A stretch of DNA of 42,328 bases from a virus. This document shows, piece after piece, positions 32,090-40,682 of the stretch (position 1 is the first letter of the stretch; each line of letters opens with the position of its first letter). Below the pieces are notes generated by a model, which was given only the letters and a program-made list of their open reading frames with translations, ran no database searches and was not told the DNA's origin. The position numbers and the translations under genes are program-made. The stretch lies in the IMG/VR virus record IMGVR_UViG_3300042910_000004, one strand, 5' to 3'.

Positions 32090-32122
32090 CCCAGCCCCAC
32101 CTCGTAAAGAGATGGGGCTGGG
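32090..32122 (-). other. GC-rich 10-bp-stem hairpin immediately after the capsid gene, followed by TAAAATAA
   Basis: cccagcccca ... tggggctggg. The same TAAAATAA tail follows the hairpin at 34366-34385. Confidence 0.6.
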
Positions 32123-32134
32123 CACAATTAACTA

Positions 32135-33148
32135 TTAATCTGTGATTGTTGAACCATTACCTTCAGAAACAACTACTCCTCTCCAGTTAAATGCTCCAAC
32201 CTTCCATTCTCCGTGAACATCAAAAACATAAGTCTTAGTTACATTGTCAAACCAGTCTTCTGCGGTAATATCTTTGAAAACTACGTGAACGAGAGGAGAA
32301 TTAGCCCCATCAACCAAGAACCATCTTGTATTGCTGCCACCTTGAGGAGCACCAAGATATGGACTTGTAACTACAATATATCTTCCTTGAAAGATGTTAG
32401 CTACAAAGTTGTTGGTATATGGAGTATTGGGTGTTTCAGCAATCTCCATAGCTCTTCTTACTAATGCTGGAGGAACTACAAGATAAATTTGCCCTGACAT
32501 ATAAGGCATTGGCTTTCCTGTATCATCAACTGTGTTCTGTGCTAAAAGGATAGCACTTTCCAAGGCATCAACTGATAAGGCAGGAGAAGTAGCAAGGATG
32601 TTAGAACCAACTCCACCACCAACTAACGGATGTTGAGTAGAAGCAAACTTAACCCCATCCCCATAAGGGAAGAGTTGAGGGGGTAAGTCTGCTGGAGCAG
32701 TTCTAACATAATTGAACCAATCAAAAATGTGTTTAGAAGCAGTTAAAACTGCATTTTGTCTAACTTTTTTTGCTTCATCTAATGCTGCGGCATATTCTGG
32801 GCTTCTTCTTTCATAACTTTCTCTGGTTACTCTAATTGAACGAGCAAACTGATATGGTTGAACTTCTGTTATTATTCCTTTGAGATATTCAGACATTGGA
32901 AATGGTTGTCCTTCTGCTCTTGGTTCTAAGTAACCTACTAAACCAGTTGTGTAAGTTGTTTCAAGTTTTTGTCTTCCAGCAGCATTAATTCTTCTAACTA
33001 AGGGAGCAACATTTGTCATCGCATCAAATAAAGAAACGGCATCAAAAAGCCTCAATTGCTCATCTCCCTGAGAATAAACTTCAAAGAACTTTGCTCTTAC
33101 TCCTTCAAGAAAAGAATCAATGTAGGAAGTAGTTATAGGATTAGCCAT
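32135..33148 (-). CDS. Major capsid protein
   Basis: 337 aa; sits after the scaffold and decoration-like genes (lambda-like Nu3-D-E order); followed by a strong hairpin. Confidence 0.65.
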   Translation of the reverse strand: MANPITTSYIDSFLEGVRAKFFEVYSQGDEQLRLFDAVSLFDAMTNVAPLVRRINAAGRQKLETTYTTGLVGYLEPRAEGQPFPMSEYLKGIITEVQPYQFARSIRVTRESYERRSPEYAAALDEAKKVRQNAVLTASKHIFDWFNYVRTAPADLPPQLFPYGDGVKFASTQHPLVGGGVGSNILATSPALSVDALESAILLAQNTVDDTGKPMPYMSGQIYLVVPPALVRRAMEIAETPNTPYTNNFVANIFQGRYIVVTSPYLGAPQGGSNTRWFLVDGANSPLVHVVFKDITAEDWFDNVTKTYVFDVHGEWKVGAFNWRGVVVSEGNGSTITD

Positions 33149-33185
33149 CGATTGAGAATTATAAGTTAATTAAGACCTAAAAATT

Positions 33186-33671
33186 TTAGAAGAGTCTTGA
33201 ACGAATTTTAACCTTACCAACTGTGTCAGAAACTTTTTCAACTAAAACAACTTCTTTGGGATAACCAGCACCACCTGGAGCAACTCTTGTAGAAGCATCT
33301 ACTGCTCTTCCACCTGCGGCAAGAGAATAAGAGTCACCTACATTGTGTGTTGCGATTGAGCCAGTAAAATCTGCTTCTAAAGTAACATCTCCATTTAACA
33401 TTGCTACTTTTGCCCAATATGTTTTAGTAGTTGTATTGTCTGCTGGAGTAGTAACGCTATCCCCAACGCCTTGACCAACCACTTTTCCGTCTTTACCAGT
33501 AAAACCGACAATAACTCCTAAGATGTTTGTAGCGCCAGCAGAAGCAGGAACTACAACACCACCAGCACCAAAAACTACTGCTTGGTTAACATAATAGGTT
33601 GTTGAATCAGCAAGTAAGAATTCTTTTTCCAAAATTAAAGAATATGGACCTCTATCGAGTTTAAGAGCCAT
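33186..33671 (-). CDS. Head decoration-like protein (161 aa, G/A/V-rich)
   Basis: Position between the scaffold and capsid genes; composition typical of small capsid accessory proteins. Confidence 0.45.
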   Translation of the reverse strand: MALKLDRGPYSLILEKEFLLADSTTYYVNQAVVFGAGGVVVPASAGATNILGVIVGFTGKDGKVVGQGVGDSVTTPADNTTTKTYWAKVAMLNGDVTLEADFTGSIATHNVGDSYSLAAGGRAVDASTRVAPGGAGYPKEVVLVEKVSDTVGKVKIRSRLF

Positions 33672-33700
33672 TTTTAGATTTTAGAGAATAACGACCAAAT

Positions 33701-34357
33701 TTAGTATTCCAAAATAGGTTCGTTACCTTTTAAGAGAGTTGATTTTTGTTCTCCCTTTCTCAATCTTGCTATAGTTTCAGGACTAACACCCAATTGTGCT
33801 GCTTTTATTCTATCTTCTTGAGTAATTTCTGAAGGTTCAACTTCTTCTGTAGTTTCAGAGGAAAGATTTTGAGATTTTTGAATAAATTCTTGTTTAGCAG
33901 CCTCTGCTGTTTTCTTTACGTTCAAAAGTTCCTTTAATTCCTGTGGTTTAAGAGACATATAAGCAAGAAGTAATTGATTTTCTAATTCTCCTTCATCTAA
34001 GGTATCAGTAGCGTATTTTTGCTGCCAAACCTCGAGAACTTGTTTTTTAATATCCTCATTGGTTAAAGCAGTGAGGGTATTTGATAACTTTCCAATTACT
34101 TCACCAACTTTTGCCATTTTATAGGCATCAAATTTGCTTTGGTCTTGCTCTCTAAGTTCTTTTATTTTCTCCCTTGTCTCATTAAGTTTAAATTTCAAAG
34201 CAGAAATTGCATCTTCTAAACCTTTCTTTTGTTCTTCATAATCTGAAACTTCTTTAGATAAAGATTGTTTCTTTAGTTCCAATTCTTTTATCTCTTCTTC
34301 TAAAGATTTTTGTTTGTCTAAAAGTTCTTGTAATTCGTCCATTTTAGAAAAGCCCAT
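33701..34357 (-). CDS. Scaffolding protein
   Basis: 218 aa, strongly coiled-coil E/K/L-rich, lying upstream of the decoration-like and capsid genes. Confidence 0.6.
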   Translation of the reverse strand: MGFSKMDELQELLDKQKSLEEEIKELELKKQSLSKEVSDYEEQKKGLEDAISALKFKLNETREKIKELREQDQSKFDAYKMAKVGEVIGKLSNTLTALTNEDIKKQVLEVWQQKYATDTLDEGELENQLLLAYMSLKPQELKELLNVKKTAEAAKQEFIQKSQNLSSETTEEVEPSEITQEDRIKAAQLGVSPETIARLRKGEQKSTLLKGNEPILEY

Positions 34358-34434
34358 TTATTTTACCCCGCTGGCTTCACGGGGGAAATTATTCGTAATC
34401 ATTATAAACGACCTTTTTATCCTTGTCAATAATT

Positions 34435-34674
34435 CTATCTTCTTCGACTTCTAACTCTAATTGGTTTTAACGTAGGAATTTTGACTTTAGGAACTTTAAT
34501 TTTAGGAACTTTAACAACTAACTTACTCACGTGTTTAGGATAATGAGGAACCTTTAAGGCGGGGATTTTAGGAGTAGAAGCCTTGGGCATTTTAGGCCTT
34601 TTATAAGAAAGCTTAACCATTTTAGGACTTACTCCTCGCAAAAAACGACCTAAAAAGCTTGTATCTATCACCAT
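34435..34674 (-). CDS. Highly basic proline/lysine repeat protein (79 aa)
   Basis: VKVPKIKVPKVKIPTLKPIRVRSRRR. Confidence 0.55.
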   Translation of the reverse strand: MVIDTSFLGRFLRGVSPKMVKLSYKRPKMPKASTPKIPALKVPHYPKHVSKLVVKVPKIKVPKVKIPTLKPIRVRSRRR

Positions 34675-34892
34675 TATTTCTTTTTCTTTTTCTTGCGACC
34701 CGCTTTACCTACTCCATATTTACCATAAGCAATTGCAGCGGCTATTTTTTGTGCGTGTTCCAAGCTTCTGGGCTTATATTCTGCTCTGCTAGTTGTCATC
34801 TTCCCTGTTTCTTTGTATTCCCTTAATAAAGTCTGTATTTCCTTGCTTATTTTTTTCTGTTTTTCTTTGGAAGTTTTTCTTTTTTTAGCCAT
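34674..34892 (-). CDS. Highly basic small protein (72 aa) ending in a poly-Lys run
   Basis: Start moved to the ATG at 34892, 23 nt after the GGTCG cassette (cgacc 34914-34918). Confidence 0.55.
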   Translation of the reverse strand: MAKKRKTSKEKQKKISKEIQTLLREYKETGKMTTSRAEYKPRSLEHAQKIAAAIAYGKYGVGKAGRKKKKKK

Positions 34893-35298
34893 TTTGATTT
34901 TGTTGATTAAGGACGACCATCTTTTTGAGCTCCTTCTTGATTTGCGAAACATCAGGAATTGTTTCCTTTTCCTTTGTAACAAACTGCTTACTTTCTGGAG
35001 TTTTTTCAATAAGCTTTTTTATAATTTCCCACTCGGTCACAATAGCACGAAGTTCTGAAGTATGTTTATCATCGAGCCAAGATTGTTTAAGTAAGAAATT
35101 TTGCCTTGAAGTTATCCACTTAACCAATAAAGGTTCTCTCTGAGCTATCCTTCTCCATAATTCTTCGGTTTCTTTGGCATCAAACTTCATACCCTCATCA
35201 TCAAAATATGTAGAAATCCTTTTATCGATTAATTCCTTCTCAATTTCTTTATCAATAAGTAGTCTGATAAGAAATTTTTTAAATTGTTTCAGCCACAT
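34885..35298 (-). CDS. Hypothetical protein (137 aa)
   Basis: ORF between the portal and the basic proteins. Confidence 0.6.
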   Translation of the reverse strand: MWLKQFKKFLIRLLIDKEIEKELIDKRISTYFDDEGMKFDAKETEELWRRIAQREPLLVKWITSRQNFLLKQSWLDDKHTSELRAIVTEWEIIKKLIEKTPESKQFVTKEKETIPDVSQIKKELKKMVVLNQQNQNG

Positions 35299-37294
35299 TT
35301 AATAAGTCAGTTAAATCAGCGAAAGTTGTTTTTCGTTTTCTTGAACCATAACCAGGCCTTCCTCCTCTAACTCCTTGTGCTACGCTTTCTCCTCCTGCTC
35401 TTGTTAACATTTCAGTAAATGGTTGAACTCCTCCTTGGGTTAATTGAGATTGGATTGGAACTCCTCCCAAAAGATATTCAAAAACTCCATCTATAAGCCA
35501 ATCACCTGGGCTTTCATTCCAAATTTCAAATAATCTAACAGCGGCTTTTCTTCTATCAATTATATCTGGAAACATTTGAAGTAATAATTGGGCGAATTCC
35601 ATAAACAAAGCCTTTTGAACTTGTGGAGTTTGTTCTAAATCAAACTTAATAGCAATGTCAAAATCAAGATTTCTTAACATTTCAGCAGAAACTTCAATAA
35701 TTTCAATATTTTCTTTATTGCTAATAGCCCTTAAAAGTTTTTCTTGTCTCAACATTTCAGAAGTAGCAAGGACCTCTTCGTTTTCAGCCACCCTTATTTC
35801 AAGATTAGTTATACCAGTTGGAGACGGAACCTCGTTAACCCTAATAATGTTTTTAAACTTTCTTTCTCCAACAACTTTTTGCATATCAATAGAAGTCATA
35901 AATTGAAGAAGATTTTTGATTTGAAGTCTTGCCTTTTGTTCTAATAAGTCTTGATAGAAGATTTTAGGAAGGGAGAATGATTGTTGGATTGCTTGTTGCC
36001 TTAAAAGGTTTTCTGCTGCTGATTTTGGCTGTCTTGTAGGAGTAGCAGGAGGAGTTAATGGAGTTGTAATTTTTTCTAATGAACCTTGTAAGAAAACATT
36101 CATATTCCATACACTTGGGTCCAAGGGGTTCATTTGAATTTCTCTAAAGGTATCAGCCATAGGAAAGCTATAAATTTTCCCTCCTTCCAATGAAAAGTTA
36201 CTTTCAGGAACTGTTGGGTCAGCAGTTACAATTGGAGGGTTAATGGCCTTCCATATTCTTTCTAAAGACATCTCAATTAAGTTTTCGATTGCTTCAACTG
36301 GAGATTTGATTTGATGAACAATAGAAGCGCCATAGAAAAAGTTGTTTGAAATTGGCTTATAAACTGTGTAAGCAAAAGGAAGTTCTTTATGGTTCCAAGG
36401 TAAAGGAGATTTAACTAATTTTTTACCTTCTTTAACTGGATTAATCCAAATACCATTAGCTATTACGACGAACTCATCTTTAGATCGATTGTAGTATTTA
36501 AGAATTTCAACCTTATCCTGCATTAGCATTGTTTTATCCATCAGTTTCGCTATCAAACTATCAGGAGAAAGTCTAATACCAGGATAAACATATTGAGCGT
36601 TCGGATATTGTCCAAACTTTCTTTTAAACTCGGTCCATTTCATATATACTCTTTCCAAAACTTCTTCCTGTTTTTGAATATCAGGTTCATAAACCTTAGG
36701 GAAGAAAAAGTCATCTAAATTGATAATTCTTTCCTCTTTGTCAAAATACTTTTCTTCTTTCTCTTCATACTTGATTTCATAAGTTTGAGGGTCAAAATAA
36801 GTTATATCTTTAAACTTTCTTGTTTTGTATTGAGCATCAACATAAACAACCACAGTTCCATCTACAACTGCTTGCCAAAATTGTAAAAAGTTTCTAATTT
36901 TATCTTTGGTAGCACGATATAAAAATTTATAAAGTCCATTCAGTAAGGAACTTAACTGAACATCAAAGCCCTCAATGCCGTAAAATTGGGGGTTAAGAGC
37001 GAGATTGACAATAAAGGTTACAACTCTTTCTACGGCAACTCTATATTCTTGAGAAAAGTAAAGTTTTCTTCCTGCAAGTTCGTAAGCAGTAGAAATAGGA
37101 ATTTTGCCGTAAAATTTATCTCTTGCCTCTGAAATATATTCTTTTAGAGTTTTACCTCCAAATTCATCGAAGGTAGCATAATGAATGTTCCTCCAGCGAT
37201 AATACTTGTCATAAATTTCAGCAATAACCTCAATTTCATCGTCTGTAAAATGTTTTATTTTTTCTAAAACAATTTTTTCGTTGTTATTTGCCAT
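35279..37294 (-). CDS. Portal protein (by size and position)
   Basis: 671-aa ORF downstream of TerL, separated from it by one small gene. Confidence 0.55.
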   Translation of the reverse strand: MANNNEKIVLEKIKHFTDDEIEVIAEIYDKYYRWRNIHYATFDEFGGKTLKEYISEARDKFYGKIPISTAYELAGRKLYFSQEYRVAVERVVTFIVNLALNPQFYGIEGFDVQLSSLLNGLYKFLYRATKDKIRNFLQFWQAVVDGTVVVYVDAQYKTRKFKDITYFDPQTYEIKYEEKEEKYFDKEERIINLDDFFFPKVYEPDIQKQEEVLERVYMKWTEFKRKFGQYPNAQYVYPGIRLSPDSLIAKLMDKTMLMQDKVEILKYYNRSKDEFVVIANGIWINPVKEGKKLVKSPLPWNHKELPFAYTVYKPISNNFFYGASIVHQIKSPVEAIENLIEMSLERIWKAINPPIVTADPTVPESNFSLEGGKIYSFPMADTFREIQMNPLDPSVWNMNVFLQGSLEKITTPLTPPATPTRQPKSAAENLLRQQAIQQSFSLPKIFYQDLLEQKARLQIKNLLQFMTSIDMQKVVGERKFKNIIRVNEVPSPTGITNLEIRVAENEEVLATSEMLRQEKLLRAISNKENIEIIEVSAEMLRNLDFDIAIKFDLEQTPQVQKALFMEFAQLLLQMFPDIIDRRKAAVRLFEIWNESPGDWLIDGVFEYLLGGVPIQSQLTQGGVQPFTEMLTRAGGESVAQGVRGGRPGYGSRKRKTTFADLTDLLNVAETI

Positions 37295-37583
37295 TTATTT
37301 CAATTCCGTGTTTAAATCCTGGCTTAAACCTTGTTCTTTGCCAAGTTTTTTCCAAATGGTATGCCAATGAAGGAGCTTTTATAACAATAAGCCTTCTTTT
37401 AATTTCATCGATAATAATTGGAAGTTTTTGAAAAACTTCTTCAGAACTTTCAAATGTGTATGTTCCAATTATCACATTATTTCTGTAAAAAGTCAATTGT
37501 TTGTTTTCAGGATACCAAGAAGCACCAATTTTCCCGTCTAATTGTTGAACTCTTGAAACTAAATATCTAATAGCGCTTAGCAT
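37284..37583 (-). CDS. Hypothetical protein (99 aa)
   Basis: Start moved to an internal ATG to reduce the overlap with TerL. Confidence 0.45.
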   Translation of the reverse strand: MLSAIRYLVSRVQQLDGKIGASWYPENKQLTFYRNNVIIGTYTFESSEEVFQKLPIIIDEIKRRLIVIKAPSLAYHLEKTWQRTRFKPGFKHGIEINGK

Positions 37584-39150
37584 AAGTTGTAACCTTAGGG
37601 CCTCCCAATGTATTGCCCTTGAAAAATACATCGAAACCCAAACAAAACATTTCGTGCGCTGACCTTAAATCTGCTTCAGGAGATATATGTAATGGAACTA
37701 TTTTCCCATCAGTTGTGCCCTTTAAAGTCCTTTCTGAAATTTTTGCTGACTTGAGAGCATCTAAAAGTCTTAAAGAACCGCTATCATTAGCATTGAACTT
37801 TGTAATCTTTAAATACTTTTGAACTGCTCGCTTTCTAATTTCGTGTGAAGTTCCTATGTTAACTATGAGGAAGTTAATGCCATTTTTTCTTAATATTGTT
37901 TCAAATGAGTATCCTGCTACTTGTGAAACTTGCCTATGCGCTGGTTCTCCAAAAACTATTTTAGGCTTACCCCAACTTCTCACTTTTTCCAAAAATTCTC
38001 TTTCATACTCATTATACCACATCTTATCATAGGGAATTTCTGGATTTAAAAATGGGAGCCACCAATCTATAAGAAGTTTGTTTGGCATCAATCTTCCGTG
38101 GGCTGCAATAGCAGTAAGGTTTCTAATTTCGTTTTTCAGTGGGTCATATTGGTACCAGCATAAAGCAGTGTAGTCCTGAAAACCAGCAAAGTCTGCTGAA
38201 GCATAAAGTGGCAATTTAGGGTCAAATTCTATTGGTTCTACTTGACATTCATAGGCTTCTGGATAATATCTTAATTTTGGGTCTACATCGTAAGAAAGTT
38301 CTAATTCTGCTAAAAATGATAATGGGTCTTCTTTTCTTAACTCAAATTCCTTTCTATACCATTCTTCATCCTTAAACGGATGCTGTTTCCAGTGTAGGGT
38401 CAAAACTTTGTTTTGTTCCCTCAAATTATCAACAAATCTTTTGAGGAACTGATTTTCTGTTGGAGTTGAGATATAAATCTTAACTTTTGATGTGTCTTGG
38501 CAACTTCTCAAACTTTCTTCCAAATATGGCCAATAGGCTAATTCATCCATTATGACTACTGAAGTTCTATGACCTCGCCCAAAGTTAGGATTAGCACTTT
38601 CTCCATATAATACGCTCCCATTTTCGGGGTTGATTAACTTCATATGATTGTCGTGAAACTTTTTCTTAAAGTTTTTAGGGAAAAGCCATCTCGGTTGAGC
38701 GTAAATAAGATATCTTATCTTCCCAAAAATGCTTGAAATTGCTTTGTTATCAACTTCTGCTTCCTTTCTCGAACCTATTAATGCTGAAAATTTATCAGTA
38801 AAAAGCCAATGATAAACTAACCAATGAACGATAGTCCAAGTAACTCCCATATCCCTTGATTTTTCAATGTAGAGAACATCGCCATCATAAAATGTTTTTT
38901 CGAGCCTGTAAATCAGGTCTGCTTGATAGTCGAAAGGAACAAAAATAATATCTGGTTCCTGAATGTTTCTTGGTTCATAAACCCAACCACAAATTTCTAT
39001 CCATTTATAGATGTTTTTCTGAAATTCCCTGTAAAGATAAACTCTTGCTTCATAAGAAAGTTCAGCAGTTTTCAAAAGTTCAAATCTTGTGTCTATGTAT
39101 TTTTGATACTCATCTGATTTGAGAAATTCCTGAAGTTTTTCGAGGTTCAT
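37567..39150 (-). CDS. terL: Terminase large subunit
   Basis: 527 aa; Walker-A-like IEKSRDMGVTW, Walker B SVVIMDELAYW, C-terminal nuclease-like half. Confidence 0.8.
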   Translation of the reverse strand: MNLEKLQEFLKSDEYQKYIDTRFELLKTAELSYEARVYLYREFQKNIYKWIEICGWVYEPRNIQEPDIIFVPFDYQADLIYRLEKTFYDGDVLYIEKSRDMGVTWTIVHWLVYHWLFTDKFSALIGSRKEAEVDNKAISSIFGKIRYLIYAQPRWLFPKNFKKKFHDNHMKLINPENGSVLYGESANPNFGRGHRTSVVIMDELAYWPYLEESLRSCQDTSKVKIYISTPTENQFLKRFVDNLREQNKVLTLHWKQHPFKDEEWYRKEFELRKEDPLSFLAELELSYDVDPKLRYYPEAYECQVEPIEFDPKLPLYASADFAGFQDYTALCWYQYDPLKNEIRNLTAIAAHGRLMPNKLLIDWWLPFLNPEIPYDKMWYNEYEREFLEKVRSWGKPKIVFGEPAHRQVSQVAGYSFETILRKNGINFLIVNIGTSHEIRKRAVQKYLKITKFNANDSGSLRLLDALKSAKISERTLKGTTDGKIVPLHISPEADLRSAHEMFCLGFDVFFKGNTLGGPKVTTYAKRY

Positions 39151-39181
39151 TAATTATTTGCTTTTCCTTTGCTTATATCTT

Positions 39182-39221
39182 CCCATTTGACGTTACTCCT
39201 TCTAACATACTTTAGCAAAAA
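39182..39221. repeat. Decayed copy of the 3' end of gene 39648-40340 (33/40 identical to 39647-39686)
   Basis: cccatttgacgttactccttctaacatactttagcaaaaa compared with cctatttaacattactccttctgacatattttaataaaaa. Confidence 0.8.
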
Positions 39222-39252
39222 TATTTCTGTAATTTTTTTTAGGTTCGTTTAT

Positions 39253-39624
39253 TTAGAAAGTTGACCTTCTTATTTTCTCTCTTATCTTTGATTTCAAAGA
39301 TCTTTTGTTAAGCCACTTAATAAAATCTTCCTCAGTATCAAAAACCTTAAACTTTCGTTTTTCTTGAAACAATGGGTCTGCCCAATCCATAATTTTCCTA
39401 TAAGGAAGCCCTTTTTCCCCACCTCCACTTGTCAAAATTTCATAATAATGCACTCCTTTATATGGTGCTCTAAAACCTAATTTAACTCCTTTTTTACTTT
39501 CAATACCTATAAATTTGCCCTCTAGCAAATGTTTTGTTGCTTCTTCAGGTGTTAATGTTCTTCCAAATCTTCTTAAGCCTTTCCTAAATAAAGTGCCAAT
39601 TTTTTTAAATGGTAATTTTGGCAT
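39253..39624 (-). CDS. Hypothetical basic protein (123 aa), apparently inserted between terS-position gene and terL
   Basis: Bracketed by the roughly 40-bp direct repeats at 39182-39221 and 39647-39686. Confidence 0.6.
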   Translation of the reverse strand: MPKLPFKKIGTLFRKGLRRFGRTLTPEEATKHLLEGKFIGIESKKGVKLGFRAPYKGVHYYEILTSGGGEKGLPYRKIMDWADPLFQEKRKFKVFDTEEDFIKWLNKRSLKSKIREKIRRSTF

Positions 39625-39646
39625 TTATAAAAAAAATTAATTGCGA

Positions 39647-39686
39647 CCTATTTAACATTACTCCTTCTGACATATTTTAATAAAAA
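39647..39686. repeat. Partner of the 39182-39221 direct repeat (functional 3' end of gene 39648-40340)
   Basis: See the aligned 40-mers. Confidence 0.8.
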
Positions 39687-40340
39687 CTCTTTCTTTCTTT
39701 CGGGGTTATTTTGGTCTTGTTCCACAATCTTCAAACTTTTTATCATTTCTTCATCAGGCTTGTAATCAATGGAAAGAATATGATACAGCGAAGACATTGT
39801 TTTTAGGGAGGTAAAGAATGTTGCTGGGTGTTCTTTGGCAAGTTTTTTTAGGTATTGAGGAGTTATTAGGTCCAACATATAAGCAATTTTTTCTTCTGCC
39901 CTCTTTAAGAGGTCTAAACCTCTAATAGTTTGGATTGATTGCAAATCTCTAAGTCTTCTCTGAGTTGGCACAATAGCTCCAGTTTTAGTGTCAATCTGAT
40001 AATGTCTAACAACCCAATAGAAACTTTTAAGTTCTGAAAGAGCATTATACATTTTTGTCGTTACATATTCAGGATTTCTTTGCAAAAACTTACCAAGATT
40101 AGTTGCTAACATTCTCGCTATTCCTATACTTCTCTGAGGGTTATAGCCAAAAACTTCTTGGAACTTTTCATCAAACCATTCGGGAATAAGTTTTTTCTTG
40201 TCTTCCTTATTTTTTTCTCTTGCAATAATTTCTTCGATTTGAAAAAATTCAATGAGCCTATCTTCTCCAATAGTCTCAATAAACTTTTCCAGTTTAGAAT
40301 CACTAAAAAGTTGTCTAATGTTTTGATAAGCTTTGGCCAT
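39648..40340 (-). CDS. Hypothetical protein (230 aa); small terminase subunit possible from position only
   Basis: Lies upstream of terL in the late operon. No motif recognised. Confidence 0.55.
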   Translation of the reverse strand: MAKAYQNIRQLFSDSKLEKFIETIGEDRLIEFFQIEEIIAREKNKEDKKKLIPEWFDEKFQEVFGYNPQRSIGIARMLATNLGKFLQRNPEYVTTKMYNALSELKSFYWVVRHYQIDTKTGAIVPTQRRLRDLQSIQTIRGLDLLKRAEEKIAYMLDLITPQYLKKLAKEHPATFFTSLKTMSSLYHILSIDYKPDEEMIKSLKIVEQDQNNPERKKEFLLKYVRRSNVK

Positions 40341-40358
40341 TTAGAGAAAATCTAAAAA

Positions 40359-40616
40359 TTAAGACTTGTTATCTGGTTTTAGGACAACCAAAACATTAGC
40401 ATCATACTGATATTTGCCCATAATTTTTATGATTCTTCGAAGGGTTTTCATAGTTCTTCCTCTTTTCCCTAATATTTTCCCCTTTTGCTCTTTAGCGCAA
40501 TCTATAACAACTTCTAGGCCTTTTAAAGTTTGCTTTGAAGTTAAACTTACATCTATTCCAAAAACTAACTTTATTAAGTTTTTAATTGCTTGTTCTATTT
40601 GGCTAACTTCTGCCAT
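40359..40616 (-). CDS. KH-domain RNA-binding protein (KhpA/YlqC-like, 85 aa)
   Basis: GKILGKRGRTMKTLRRII contains the KH GxxG loop in a beta-alpha-alpha-beta context; size matches KhpA. Confidence 0.6.
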   Translation of the reverse strand: MAEVSQIEQAIKNLIKLVFGIDVSLTSKQTLKGLEVVIDCAKEQKGKILGKRGRTMKTLRRIIKIMGKYQYDANVLVVLKPDNKS

Positions 40617-40626
40617 CTTCCCTCAA

Positions 40627-40655
40627 ATTATAATCTTGTTTTTCGAAATTGTCAA
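40627..40655 (-). promoter_or_regulatory. Perfect consensus sigma70 promoter TTGACA-N17-TATAAT for the late operon
   Basis: Minus strand reads TTGACAatttcgaaaaacaagatTATAATttgagggaagATG. Confidence 0.75.
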
Positions 40656-40682
40656 TCTTTCTAAGTTAAAATTTCATTTGAA

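Noticed and set aside
520-39650. Genome-wide TAG (amber) stop-codon reassignment, suggested by the in-frame TAG at 3621-3623
   Set aside because: TAG cleanly terminates several well-supported genes: 520-750, 6947-7318, 10674-11324, 30374-31099, terL and 39648-40340. The 1000-aa ORFs contain no interruptions. Standard code 11 fits, so the single TAG is treated as a local anomaly.
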